A stretch of DNA of 64,000 bases from Neophaeotheca triangularis. Its lineage: Eukaryota. Position numbers and translations under genes: made by a program. Each line of letters starts with the position of its first letter. The first letter of the stretch is position 1. Below the pieces are notes generated by a model. The model saw only the letters and a list, made by a program, of their open reading frames with translations, was not told where the DNA came from and made no database searches. Shown piece by piece: positions 1 through 10,783 of this stretch. The stretch spans positions 1 through 64,000 of the forward strand of contig BAAIJX010000040.1 in assembly GCA_054600435.1 (NCBI GenBank), given 5' to 3'.

Positions 1-100
1 GGCGCCCGCGGCCCCGCCCGCGCGGCGGGGGGGGGGGGGGGGGGTTTTCTCGCTTGTTGGTGATTGGGGATTGGAGGCTCGACGGCACGAACCTGGCATA

Positions 101-418
101 CTGCGGTGGCGAGGGTGACTCTTTCGGCGCAGGTGCCGACGGGGTACGAGGCGTTTTCTACGTTGCCGCCGCGGACTATGGCGCCGGAGGTTAGGAGGAC
201 GGAGCAGCCGACGCGGAAGTTGGAGTAGGGGCCTGCAAGGGGGGAAGTGTTGGCTTTTTGGTGTCTAAGGGTTTTGGTCTGCGGGTTTACGCACAGTATG
301 CCCTTCCTTTGGCTTCAACGCATGCTTCGTGCAGCTGTTGGACTTCTGTGGTCGAGAGTCCGTGGATCAGGGCTGTGTCGTGGCGGGAGTGGCCGGAGCG
401 GTTTGCTGTGGTTGACAT
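101..418 (-). CDS. CDD1: Cytidine deaminase, 5' part (gene runs off the left edge of the window)
   Basis: ATG at 418; exon 418-295, intron 294-233 (GTGCGT...TTGCAG), exon from 232. Spliced product reads ...AKGRAYCPYSNFRVGCSVLLTSGAIVRGGNVENASYPVGTCAERVTLATA, with the PYSxFRVG, NVENASY and CAE motifs. The left end is approximate (probable GTATGC donor). Confidence 0.9.
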
Positions 419-691
419 TCTGAAAAAGGAGGAGGAGGAGGAGGGAGCTAAAAGGGGAGATGTCGTCGATCAAGGTTGTTGTTTGGGGGGGGTCGTGGTT
501 GGCCGCCCATGTACGATGACGTACATCGCCGCTGCTAGCGGCTTTGAGATGAATTGAACATCGGATCTCGAGACTCGAGACTTTTGTTGATGTTTTACAA
601 AGATTGTAGGTATTGCTTCTCTAACGCTCTTACCCATTAGCCAAAGAAGATATTCAGCACAAGCGCGCAGAGTTTGTTTGCGTGCTTTCTC

Positions 692-1462
692 ATGATGCGC
701 CGCACTATCTACCAAAGCGCACGCCGCGCCGCTGGAGCCTTTGAAAGCGAGACGCCTCTACTACGACGAGCACCCTACATTTGCTCAGAATGCCGCCAAC
801 ACACACCTCTAACCCGATCACGCCTATCCAAACCCTTCCTCGCCTCCTTCTCAACCTCAACCCGCCAGCACCAAAACCAGACCTCTACGACCTCCCAACA
901 ACAACAGCCCACAAGCGACCCAGCAAGCCGAAACCACTACACCCTCTTCCCGCAAACCTTCCCCCAAGGCCCCCCGCCCTCTGCCCCCTTCACCCCGGAC
1001 CTCCGCCAACTGCGCAAAGAATACCTCCAACTGCAAGCGAACGCGCACCCCGACCTAGCCGGCCCAGCGCAAAAACGACAAGCCGAAGGCCTCTCGTCCT
1101 GGATCAACGAAGCGTACAAAACACTCCAAGACCCGCTGAGACGCGCCCAATACCTGCTCAGCTTACAGGGCATAGATGTGGAAGACGAGAGCGCGAAATT
1201 GGAAGATAATGCGCTTTTGATGGAGGTGATGGAGGCGAGGGAGGCGGTGGAGGAGGTGGAGGATGAGGAGGGTTTGGTGGCTATCAGGGCGGAGAATACG
1301 GCGAGGGTGGAGAGCACGGTGGGAGAACTGGAGGGGGCTTTTGAGCAGAGTGATTTTGAGAGGGCCGCCAGGGAGGCTGTGAGGCTGAGGTATTGGGCGA
1401 ATATTGAGGAGAGTATTCAGGGGTGGGAGAAGGGGAAGGGTGGGGGGATTAACCATCATTGA
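692..1462 (+). CDS. JAC1: Mitochondrial Fe-S cluster co-chaperone Jac1/HscB (J domain plus HscB C-terminal domain)
   Basis: Arg/Ser-rich presequence-like N-terminus; HPD motif (ANAHPD); INEAYKTLQDPLRRAQYLL; LLMEVMEARE and LRYWANI C-terminal motifs. First ATG is at 692 (ORF track starts at an upstream TTG). Confidence 0.93.
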   Translation: MMRRTIYQSARRAAGAFESETPLLRRAPYICSECRQHTPLTRSRLSKPFLASFSTSTRQHQNQTSTTSQQQQPTSDPASRNHYTLFPQTFPQGPPPSAPFTPDLRQLRKEYLQLQANAHPDLAGPAQKRQAEGLSSWINEAYKTLQDPLRRAQYLLSLQGIDVEDESAKLEDNALLMEVMEAREAVEEVEDEEGLVAIRAENTARVESTVGELEGAFEQSDFERAAREAVRLRYWANIEESIQGWEKGKGGGINHH

Positions 1463-2225
1463 GACTTACAGGAGCGAATGATTTACTCGGAATAGAGTGG
1501 GCTTTTTGTGGCGACTCGGTTGTGGACGACCATTCCTTCTGGTATGTCTTCGCGAGGAAGCAGTCCCAAAGAAGTCTGCGGTCGAGTGCCTGGTTACCAG
1601 CGTGGCTGCAGGTGGCTGCATCACTAGAACGTTGCCCGTTGCCCCTCTGGAGAGAAAAGAGATCTGAGCTAGTTATCAAAACTCTGCCTGTAGCGATTGC
1701 CACTGCTAGCCTCGCCATGGACATCTCATGGTTCGGTCTGATTGACATACAAGATGCTACTGTATTTCTATAGAAGCTGGACAATACCCACTGTAAAGCC
1801 ATTAACATAGTGATCGCGCTGTTCACCGCAGGCCTCGGGCTTCAGTTTCCTCAATTAAACCGATTGTCGCGTAACTGAAAGAGGGATATACAACCTAACG
1901 TGGCTAACAAGACTTCAAGTCCTCGCGGAACACATACCAATCCAACAAAAAGGCCAACGCACTCGAATCTGAGCAACTCAGGGGTATCTACCGCTAACGC
2001 CGCGCAACACTCTACACCGATCACCAAACCCTAAAGACTCCCCCTAAAAGTGCTAGGAGTAAAAGCGACCCTCTTTGTCTTCACTCCTACCTCTGGCTCC
2101 CTGCTCGTGCTTTGACTCTCCAGCTCCAGCCTCAGCTCCCGCTCCACAGCCTCGTCCTCCGCCTCCGCTTGCCGCCTCGCATATTCCTCCAGCGCCCTCG
2201 CCCTGTCCAGCTCAGCCGAGCGCTT

Positions 2226-5200
2226 CTAGCGGCCCCCAGACCTCGCACGATGTGCCCCATCCCCACCACTGTGCCTCGAGCCCTCCCAACCGCTACCTCG
2301 ATGACTACTGCTCTCACGCAGCTCCCAGCCATCCGCTCCACCACTCCCGCCTCTATCATCCCCGCCTCCTCGCCCACCTCCTTCATCCCAGGACTGCTCT
2401 CTGTCGCCACTCCTCCGACTCCCACGTCCACTCCCATGACCGCTGGCCTCACGCGCCAAACTGCTCCCCCGCCCCCCTTCGCGCTGAGAACGTACAGCAC
2501 TACGCGAGCTCCCCTCGCCCCTGACCTCGCGCCCACCTTCATGCAAAAGGCGCTCCACATCACGATCCATGTCCGCCTCACCCCAAGTGCCTAGTTCGCG
2601 AGCGGGGCTCTCGCTCAGCGCGCGGTGGAGGGGCCGGACGTCGTCTAGATCGTTCGCGTCGAGAGCATTGGGATGGATAGTCTTGTCGCTGCCAGCAGGT
2701 TTACCGCGGGCAGAAGCTGCTGTTCTCACGGTAGCGGCGGAGCCGGTTCTGGAAGCTTGATCAACGGGTTTCCTCTCCTGCGCCCATTCCTCTGCATCAA
2801 CGATTGTGCGCACGCTCTCGCCGCCGTTTCTGCGAGAACTGCCCGCCACGCTGGGTGGGAGGGCTACCACCCTCCGCCGCTCACACTCGCTGATGACGTC
2901 TTGATTCGTGTCGACGCTGGCCAGATCGAACGGTCTGCGGAACCGCTCACGCGCTCGCGCAAGCTCGGAAGCCGTTTCTGGAGCGCCACGGGGGGCCCAG
3001 GAGGGCGGGTCGGAGATGTCAACTTGGCTGGAGAAAGAGACGCGGCGGATGGCAAGGAGGCGTGAGTCTGAGGGGCGGTGGTCTGCTGTGGGTGGAGGTT
3101 CAGGAGCTGTGGGCACTACAAGATCGTAGAGGGGGTAGTGGTGCGTCTTTAGAATTGAGGTGAGTTTGACGTACTTCTCTGGCACTTTGTAAGTAGAGGG
3201 GGAGGAAGGTCTTACGGGCTCTTGAGCGCTGGTTTGCGCTGCCGGGGCCATGTGCTGGGATGTTTGGTGGCGAGTGGAGTGACGTTCGCTGGTTGTGTTG
3301 TGCTTTCGTGTACCTTCTCTGGTTTGTGAGCGGTGTGATGTTGGACCGCGTGGCTCAGGGGCTGCTAGGTATTCGTAGCGATCGCTCTGGTTTAGGGTTC
3401 CCTCATCCCTGGAGCGACTGTCCCGGACTGTACTGTTCAGACTATCATCTTCGTCGTACCTTGGCCGCCGTTCCTCAACGTAAGTTCTACGGTAGCCGCG
3501 AGGCTTCTCTGTACGTCGCTCACAATGGTCATTACCATGAGAAACCCTCGCTTCTGGAGCAGCGCGCTCGTTGCGCTCAACACGGTCCCTCATTCTAACA
3601 GGCCTCTGGACAGGCTCTTCCGCCCGCCTTTGCCAGTCCAAGACCTTTCTCGCGCTTTCATCCCCTTCCGAGCCAACGACGGCCTGTAGGGAAACTGGAG
3701 CACCCGGCCCACGAGAACGCTCATCGCAAACTCCAACATCTTTTGAACGGAACCTTGATGCAGAATCTGCTGGAGACAGTACGCGCACAGGCGGCACGAA
3801 ATCTTCTTCCCCGGCATGTACGGTCTTCCGACTCTGTCCTGGAGGCTTCGAGTACCGCTCAGTTTCTTCGTAAGTCCATTCGACCTCTGCGTCTTGGCCG
3901 TCTGCAAGCCGGTAAGTGCTTCGTTCGACAGGGGCGACAGTGCGGCGAACGTACTCGTACTCTTGATCACTGTCAGCTGCGCGGGGCGTTCGCGAATGCT
4001 CGTGGCGTGATGGAGCCGGGCCGCCTCCGGACAACATATACAGCCGGTCTGTCTCGCTGGGTGACGGGCGTCTTCTTGGATTGGTGGTGGATGCTGCTGC
4101 CGGCGGCGGTGGTACTTGATATGCATCTTCGGCTCTCCAAGTTCGATACCGTTCCGGGTAGACAGATCGCGGACTCGGCTGCTCTTGTGAACGCGGAGTA
4201 CGACGCTCAGGGGTCTCGCGCTCCAAGGTTGTAGCATTTTCCACGGTACGCTTCCGGATCTCGGCTGTCTCTTCTCTTTCGCGTTGTGCCCTGTGGTATC
4301 TGGAGGATTCCCGATCGTCGACGACAGAATGGTGGCGCGCAATCTCTGGCAGACTGTGGCGAACACGCTCTGTCACTATAACTTTGTAGCCACCATCAGC
4401 ACGGAAAACCACTTCCTGTCGCAAAGGCTCTTGCGGGCTCTCATCACTTGCTCCAGGATGTGGTCGTGAGCGGGGCGGCTCAAAAGCATTGTAGACCCTG
4501 TCCTGCCGCGAGATCGGAGGTTTTTCGGCAGACACCTTCCGAGCTTTTTCGTTATCGTCTTTTCGTCTTCTCGCTTCAAGCCTTTGTACTTCTTCGCTGA
4601 CAGTGCGAGAACGGCGCGTAGGTTCGGTGGCTTCTCGCTCCACGGGTACGAGTCGGCCATGAGCATAGGTCGTCGGATGGCTCTCCATTGCTCGTTCGGC
4701 TTGGCGATAGCGCTCAACTTCTTCTCTGGCGATGCGGCGGATGTCTGACTCGGTTCTTTCCAAAGGACGCGCATGGTCGAGTCGGCTGGAGGCGACAATG
4801 TCTTTTCGGCGGGGCTCTTGAAGTCGCTCGTTGTCGGTTGTGGCCCCCTTGACAACCCTAACTTTGTAGCTAGGAGCAGTAGCAGCTATGGCTGGCTCGC
4901 CCTCGCCGCTGCTGAACGAGGCGCTTTCTTTTCCCGGGTATCGATCTTCGCTGAGGCTCTTGGAAGGTCGTTCGGGTTTGATAGTCGGTGCTCTCCACGT
5001 AGTACCCTCGACTGTAATAGCTTCAATCTTCTTCGACCGACGAGATTTAGCAGCCATTGGTATTTCCTCTGGTGCATTGCGCGCTCGTGCGATGCGCTCA
5101 TCGGCTAGCCCAAACCCCAATGCGGCCTGCGGTACCCTGTGCTCGACCCTCAAGGCCCTCCTCGTTCCCCTGACTTCCACATCGCGCGCGTCGACTTGAC

Positions 5201-5561
5201 CCTCAAGCGGCACAAAAGCTCGCACGCCAATGCTGATGGGCCCACTCTCCTCGAGAACCTTCACTTCACTCGTCGTGAATACCTTCTCATCGGTGACTCG
5301 GCAGCGACTGCAGATACCCGGAGGAGGCGGAATGCCATTGACAGGGATGGGGTGGTCGAGGTGGTAGGTACGGCTACGTGGTTTGAGGCAGATGCGGCAG
5401 ATGTGGACCGTTCCTAGGTGTTGCTGCGGGGTGGTGGTAGGGACTGTGCGTGGTGTAGGTCTTGTTGCTTTGGGGAGATTGTTCTCAGGTGCTGTTGTAG
5501 GTCTTGCGTCTGCGTAGAATTCAGGTAGCGGCGGTGGAGGAATCCAGCGAGTGTCAGGCAT
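2226..5561 (-). CDS. Large Arg/Glu/Pro-rich, probably disordered protein with an N-terminal Cys/His motif; the true 3' end may be 2031 (see findings)
   Basis: Uninterrupted 1111-codon ORF; C55-x2-C58...H67-x2-H70...C84-x2-C87 cluster near the N-terminus. No family recognised. Confidence 0.75.
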   Translation of the reverse strand: MPDTRWIPPPPLPEFYADARPTTAPENNLPKATRPTPRTVPTTTPQQHLGTVHICRICLKPRSRTYHLDHPIPVNGIPPPPGICSRCRVTDEKVFTTSEVKVLEESGPISIGVRAFVPLEGQVDARDVEVRGTRRALRVEHRVPQAALGFGLADERIARARNAPEEIPMAAKSRRSKKIEAITVEGTTWRAPTIKPERPSKSLSEDRYPGKESASFSSGEGEPAIAATAPSYKVRVVKGATTDNERLQEPRRKDIVASSRLDHARPLERTESDIRRIAREEVERYRQAERAMESHPTTYAHGRLVPVEREATEPTRRSRTVSEEVQRLEARRRKDDNEKARKVSAEKPPISRQDRVYNAFEPPRSRPHPGASDESPQEPLRQEVVFRADGGYKVIVTERVRHSLPEIARHHSVVDDRESSRYHRAQREREETAEIRKRTVENATTLERETPERRTPRSQEQPSPRSVYPERYRTWRAEDAYQVPPPPAAASTTNPRRRPSPSETDRLYMLSGGGPAPSRHEHSRTPRAADSDQEYEYVRRTVAPVERSTYRLADGQDAEVEWTYEETERYSKPPGQSRKTVHAGEEDFVPPVRVLSPADSASRFRSKDVGVCDERSRGPGAPVSLQAVVGSEGDESARKVLDWQRRAEEPVQRPVRMRDRVERNERAAPEARVSHGNDHCERRTEKPRGYRRTYVEERRPRYDEDDSLNSTVRDSRSRDEGTLNQSDRYEYLAAPEPRGPTSHRSQTREGTRKHNTTSERHSTRHQTSQHMAPAAQTSAQEPVRPSSPSTYKVPEKYVKLTSILKTHHYPLYDLVVPTAPEPPPTADHRPSDSRLLAIRRVSFSSQVDISDPPSWAPRGAPETASELARARERFRRPFDLASVDTNQDVISECERRRVVALPPSVAGSSRRNGGESVRTIVDAEEWAQERKPVDQASRTGSAATVRTAASARGKPAGSDKTIHPNALDANDLDDVRPLHRALSESPARELGTWGEADMDRDVERLLHEGGREVRGEGSSRSAVRSQREGGRGSSLAREASGHGSGRGSRRSGDREQSWDEGGGRGGGDDRGGSGGADGWELRESSSHRGSGWEGSRHSGGDGAHRARSGGR

Positions 5562-6553
5562 CGCTGCGGTGTTTGTTGAAAGGAAAGAATGTTTGGGAGC
5601 GAAGAAAATGGTTGCAAGCCTTGCGGAGAAGAGGTTGCAGCTGGTGGTGAAGTTGAAGGTCCCCGAATAGGAGGCCCCGAGGTCGATGCTTCAGTGAGGT
5701 CATTCACGTCATTGTCTGCCAAAAGGAAGGAACGGCCTTTGGAGTACTCAATGGCCTCAGAAATGTAGAGAGCTTGGACATTAAAAGATGCAAAAAGCAG
5801 ACAGGAACTCCACCATGGCTGAGAAAAAGGGGCCATCAGCACCTACATATGTTGCTCGAGCCCCTTCTCATACCACATACTAGAAGAGGAATACTTATCT
5901 TATACCAAAAAGGGGCAAACCCTGCTATACTTTACAACTCAAGCCTGGGAGCTCAATATCCGCACTCACAACAACCTCCGGAAAAAGCAAAAAGAAAGCC
6001 TCCAGTAACTTAAGCACCGGAGTGAAAGTAAACTCATCCAATGAAGGAGCGGTTTAGCTTTCGCCTACAAGACAGCTGTGTATTTAACGTCGGTGAAATT
6101 GCACGACGCCTTCAGTCTTATTATTTAACGTCGAGAACTGAGGAAGAGCGACAGGGGGATCGAACTGGCGACTTTTGGGTGGTATCTAGTTTGAGTCAGT
6201 AGGGGTTCCGGATTGAGATGTAGAGGGGAGGGGAAAACGTACCGAGTTTGCAATCTCCGCGAGATCGTTAAGGAGACTGGCGTTGGGTCTGATATATTGT
6301 TTGGATCGATTGCGCAAAGAAAACAGTTAACCCTCAATTCAACTTGCGATGAACCGAAAAGACACAATTAAAGGACGTTCGACTGTTGTAGCGGAGAAGA
6401 ACTTACGTTTTTATGTCGAGCGAAATCGACAAATACCTCAACCACCTGCTCGACGATGAAACCAACCTACCTTGCTCAACTTGTTGGTTACTACCTACCT
6501 CAGGTACGTATCACAACATCACGAGCTATCAAGATTGTCCCGTTCAAGCACAC

Positions 6554-8663
6554 CTATCTACCATCCGCTCCTTGCCCCTTACTCATTCTAGCAGCCCATT
6601 TCTTCACCCCCAACCATGAATCTCCTTTAGTCTCCAACCCTCCCAACTCACTTCCAACCTCAAAGACAGTAGTCACTCCATCCAGCCCGCCGACAGCAGC
6701 ATGCTTACCCTGCGTCTTCTCCCAGCTAAGCTTGTTCAGCGACTTCAGACTGTAGACGTCCTTCTCTTGGTGACTAGGTTTGGCGCTCCCTACAGGGATC
6801 TCGCTCGAAGCATTCAGATCGTAGACGTCGAACTTGCCGGCTCCATCAACGCACCCAAAGATTCCGGGTTTAGTAGGAGACCACTTGGCGCTGTAGACGG
6901 CATCTTCGCGATTGATTGACAGCAACGGTGATACCACGTCCACGCTGTTGTTCATACCGCCTGCGGTTGATGGAGGCTTCGCGCGCCACACCTTCACGCT
7001 CCAATCGAGGCCGGTGGAGACGAAGAGGTCACCAAGATCAACTTTGCCGCGAGACGGATGGAAGTCAATGCCCATAACAGGGGCCTCGTGGCCGCGATAA
7101 GCGCAACGCCCGTCTACGCCTGCTTTCGCACCTGCGCGGTCGTAGCGATGGACGGGTAGGATGGACCCTTGCTCTGTGCCCGCCAGGAAGTAGGTGGGAT
7201 CGGATGAAGGGAAAGAGATGCAGGTGGGGGCGACGTCGTCTGTCTTGTAGGCCGCAGGGCTGGGTGAGTGGATTTCGATGTACTCTTGCGGGACCGTGAG
7301 CATGTCTGTAGACCAAGCGCATACAACGCCATCGGTAGAGACGGAGACGATCGAAGACGCGTTTTGCGTTCCAACGACGGCTAAACTGTAGACAGGATGA
7401 GCATGACCTGTACGTCCACCAGTAAGGGGCGTCTTTTGCACTGGCTCGCCGGTACGCTGGTTGCGTGTTCGGGTGTCCCAAAGACATAGTTGGCCGCTAT
7501 AGGTACCTCCGATGATCAATGAAGGATGGTGTGGATGAAAGAGACAGGATAGTAGATCGGAAGTAGCGTGGAGACTGTACTCTGGCCGGCCTTTTAGATG
7601 TACATTCCAGACGTTGAGCAGACCAGGAGGCGTATGCGGTGATTGTTGTGACTTCGTATAGGACGTGCAAAGGAGTTCGGGGAATTTGTTGCTGAAGTCG
7701 ATATCGCTTATTATGCGCTTCGGCCCCATGCTGTCTTGTAGTTCAAATTGCGCCACCTCTCGAATCCGCCTGCCTCTCCGTCCAACATAATCGTCGTCTT
7801 CAGCCTCTCGTGATTGAAGTGCGTAGTCGGCGAGAACGTCATACTCCTCGTCCAAAGCGCGCTCGATGACCTTGCTTGACCGATCCACAAAGTCCAGGAA
7901 GTCATTGCTACTGGTGACCGCACTTAGCTCCTCGGGTGCTAGCGGTCTAGTAGGGAAACGCTCCTTCTCCTTCTCCTTCTCCGCTCCCTCATCTAATCGC
8001 AGTGCTTTGAGCTCTTCCTCTATTTCCACCCGCAGCCGCTGCCTGATCTCTTCCTCCTCGCGTTCGAGCTCCCTTCTGCTCAGCTTCCTTCGTCGCCTAG
8101 ATGGGCTGCGTGCCGTCTCGTCCCCTTCATCAGAGTCCTGTACGCTCTCCCGCGAACCTTCCCAGGGCTCTGTTGTCTGCACGCCTTTGCTGTAGGTGAT
8201 GTATTCGGGCTTCGATTCTACGGGTATCTCATAGACTGTAGTCAGACCGGTGAATGACAGCGTCTGAGTGTCCGTAGCAGCATCCTGGTACGACCGTGAG
8301 GGCTGAGGGGATTCTTCTCGCGCTTCGTCGCCCGATATAGTGGCGCTGACTCGTTTGCTGGCCTTTTCCGAAGGAGTTCCCGGTGTAGAGCCTGGACGGT
8401 CAACCAGGGAGGATATCAGGGAGTCAAGCTCCGCTCTGTTGCCGCGATTCGGTGTAGGCGAAGCTATCTAGCAGTCAATCAGTGTTGCCCTGAAGCCAAA
8501 CCAGGTAACGCGGTGCGTGACATACCTCAGATGCTTCACCCACAGAGATGCTCTGGCGGTTCGCTGTAAACTCCTTTTGTCGCAGCTCGCGTTGTTTCTT
8601 CAGCTCCGCCAGCTTTGCCTTCTTCGCGAGGATCTCATCTTTCCGCGATTGGAGAGAAGACAT
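6554..8663 (-). CDS. PAC11: Cytoplasmic dynein intermediate chain (WD40)
   Basis: Exon 8663-8526 (MSSLQSRKDEILAKKAKLAELKKQRELRQ, coiled coil); intron 8525-8468 (GTATGT...CTGCTAG); exon 8467-6554 with TYSKGVQT light-chain site, FLDFVDRSSKVIERAL and WD40 repeats. Corresponds to Aspergillus nudI. Confidence 0.93.
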
Positions 8664-8954
8664 TTTCAAGGAACGAAAAGGGTATCACGAACAATATCAA
8701 CACGCAAGATGATGCTAAAGGGAGCCCCGTGAGGACGTGAAGTCGAGCTCCAACGCGAGGCAAGCGCGGCTCACGTGCTGCCATTAAAAGCTTGGCAGGG
8801 AAGTCCCGGAACGGAACCGAAGCTCGCTGTAGCTCACGACCGCAGACTTCACAAGACAAGCAGACAATCTCTCATACAATTCTGACCAGCTTCTTGAACG
8901 CCCTATCACGACTGTCGCTTCCGGGCCATCTCTCGCAAACCTCCAACACCCCCA

Positions 8955-9501
8955 ATGGCTTCCACCGGCGTCAACGTATGCTCCACCCGACTCCCTAGAC
9001 CACCATCCCCCAGCCGAATGCTTCGCAAGATGAAGAGTGCAAGAGTCCGCGCACACACATACTGACGGAAATGTAAACACCAGGTCCTCCGATGGGGATC
9101 GCTCGTTTTCGGCGTCTTCTACGGTTTCTCCCACCAATCGCAAATCTCCAGCCGGGAAAAGCAGCAGCACGCCCAGCACGAGTACGAGCGCAAGTCCAAG
9201 CTCATAGATCAGGCTAAGGCGGAGTGGGCGAAGAAGACGGCGCCAAAGGGCTCGAAGACGGAGGGCGGAGACAGTAGGTTTACCCTCGGTGTCGCACTGT
9301 GAAGGAGTGCGAGTACAAGAGTTGAAGAGAAGGGTGCTTGGGTCGCTGTGTCTGCGTCAAGATATACCAACTGTGGGATCAGGAGGACCAGTAACGCAAT
9401 CAAAATGCTGACAAAGCGCGCCAACAGTAATATCAGACCCGATGGACCCCAAGTTCGACCTCGAGAAGTACCTCATGCAGGTGCAAGGACAGAACGCATA
9501 A
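8955..9501 (+). CDS. TIM11: Mitochondrial ATP synthase subunit e
   Basis: Absent from the ORF track. Exons 8955-8975, 9084-9273 and 9428-9501 give MASTGVN-VLRWGSLVFGVFYGFSHQSQI...KLIDQAKAEWAKK...IISDPMDPKFDLEKYL, a typical subunit e. Both introns are GT-AG with CTGAC branch sites. Confidence 0.92.
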
Positions 9502-10741
9502 GTGGGAAGTGGGAAGTGGGACGCAGGGAGGCTGTTGAGGAAGAGTGTGGTGTGGAGAAGAGGTAGCAAAAGTAAAAGGGTACCGAGTCCCAAGCGTACT
9601 GTGTTGAGTTTGCGAGCAAAGCGAGATCTCAAGTCCGGAGGCTTCCGTGTACGCTGGAAGATACACCACGGGCATGCCTCCGGACTGCCTCTGTCTACAT
9701 ACGCCGTACTGTACACTATCAAAACCTACGCGCGCGTGTCCAGCTATCTTCTGCCTATATCGGATACTGGCGAGTCGACGCTGCTTCCTCGCAATCATGT
9801 CGTACACTCCGAAGTCTCGTCTGCTAGAGCAGCCAACCGCAAGTTCACTACGTCGATGTCAACAATGCGCATCACCTCTCTTTCCCAAAAGCGCTCAAAA
9901 AGTACACAATACGGCAGCTCGACTTCCTCGAAGCAGAAGCAAGCCACTCGTCAATGCTGTCTCACTCAGAAGATCATACCATCGCGGCTGCGACTGCGAC
10001 AAGATCATCGTCCACGCTCCAAAACTACCCAAACGCAGTACATGACAGCTATACAGAAAAAGAAATCCTACAGCGGTAGGCAAGCGTCAATTTCCAACAG
10101 CTGCTAAGCGCACACCGCCTACAGAGTAGCAAGAAGCCAACGCCCTGGCCTCAGGCTTTCAGCAAGGTACCTGTGACCTCCCTCAATGCCGTACCGTGCA
10201 GACAGACCTCTTCATACCATCCCTGAGTGAGCATGCGGTACCACATCTTCGGGTCCACGGTGTACAGCGCTACGCTGGCGCTTTTGTCGCATCACTCCGG
10301 GGATCGTTCTGTGCACCACTAAGAGCAAGTAGTAGTTTAAGCCTTTGCCGGAAAACAGAAGAGGTGATCTTGGAGAAGTGATTTGGAGTAAGGAGGCAGC
10401 TGACCCTCAGCTCGCCGTCTGGAGGCCGAAAATGTGTTTTACCTCGACACACTCGATCTTTGGCAATCAATGTGGCCGAAGCATATCTAGCCCTCCTCAT
10501 ACAGATGGCGCTGCCTCCAGCGGGGCCATTAATCCCCAATAGCACGCGGGCGGAAGCCATACCGTGACCCGAATGACTCAGCCACCACCTCGGGAGCGGC
10601 GGCTCTTCGTTTCTTCATCGAGGAGAAGACTTGAAATTGAATATGGTATTGCCGTGTGCAAGAGACGATTGCGAAGTTTGCGTACGTGCAAGGGCTCTTT
10701 TTGTTTGTCAGAACTTCCCTGGCTACTTCCTGATAAGCACT

Positions 10742-10783
10742 ACTTGAGATTAATCACTTGAGATCAATCACTTGAGATCACTT
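10742..10783. repeat. Short tandem repeat, about 3 copies of the 14-mer ACTTGAGATYAATC
   Basis: acttgagattaatc acttgagatcaatc acttgagatc actt, read directly. Confidence 0.85.

Noticed and set aside
1..44. GC-only stretch with a poly-G run of about 18 at the window start
   Set aside because: It interrupts the cytidine deaminase gene at the window edge and is more likely a low-quality contig end than a biological G-tract.
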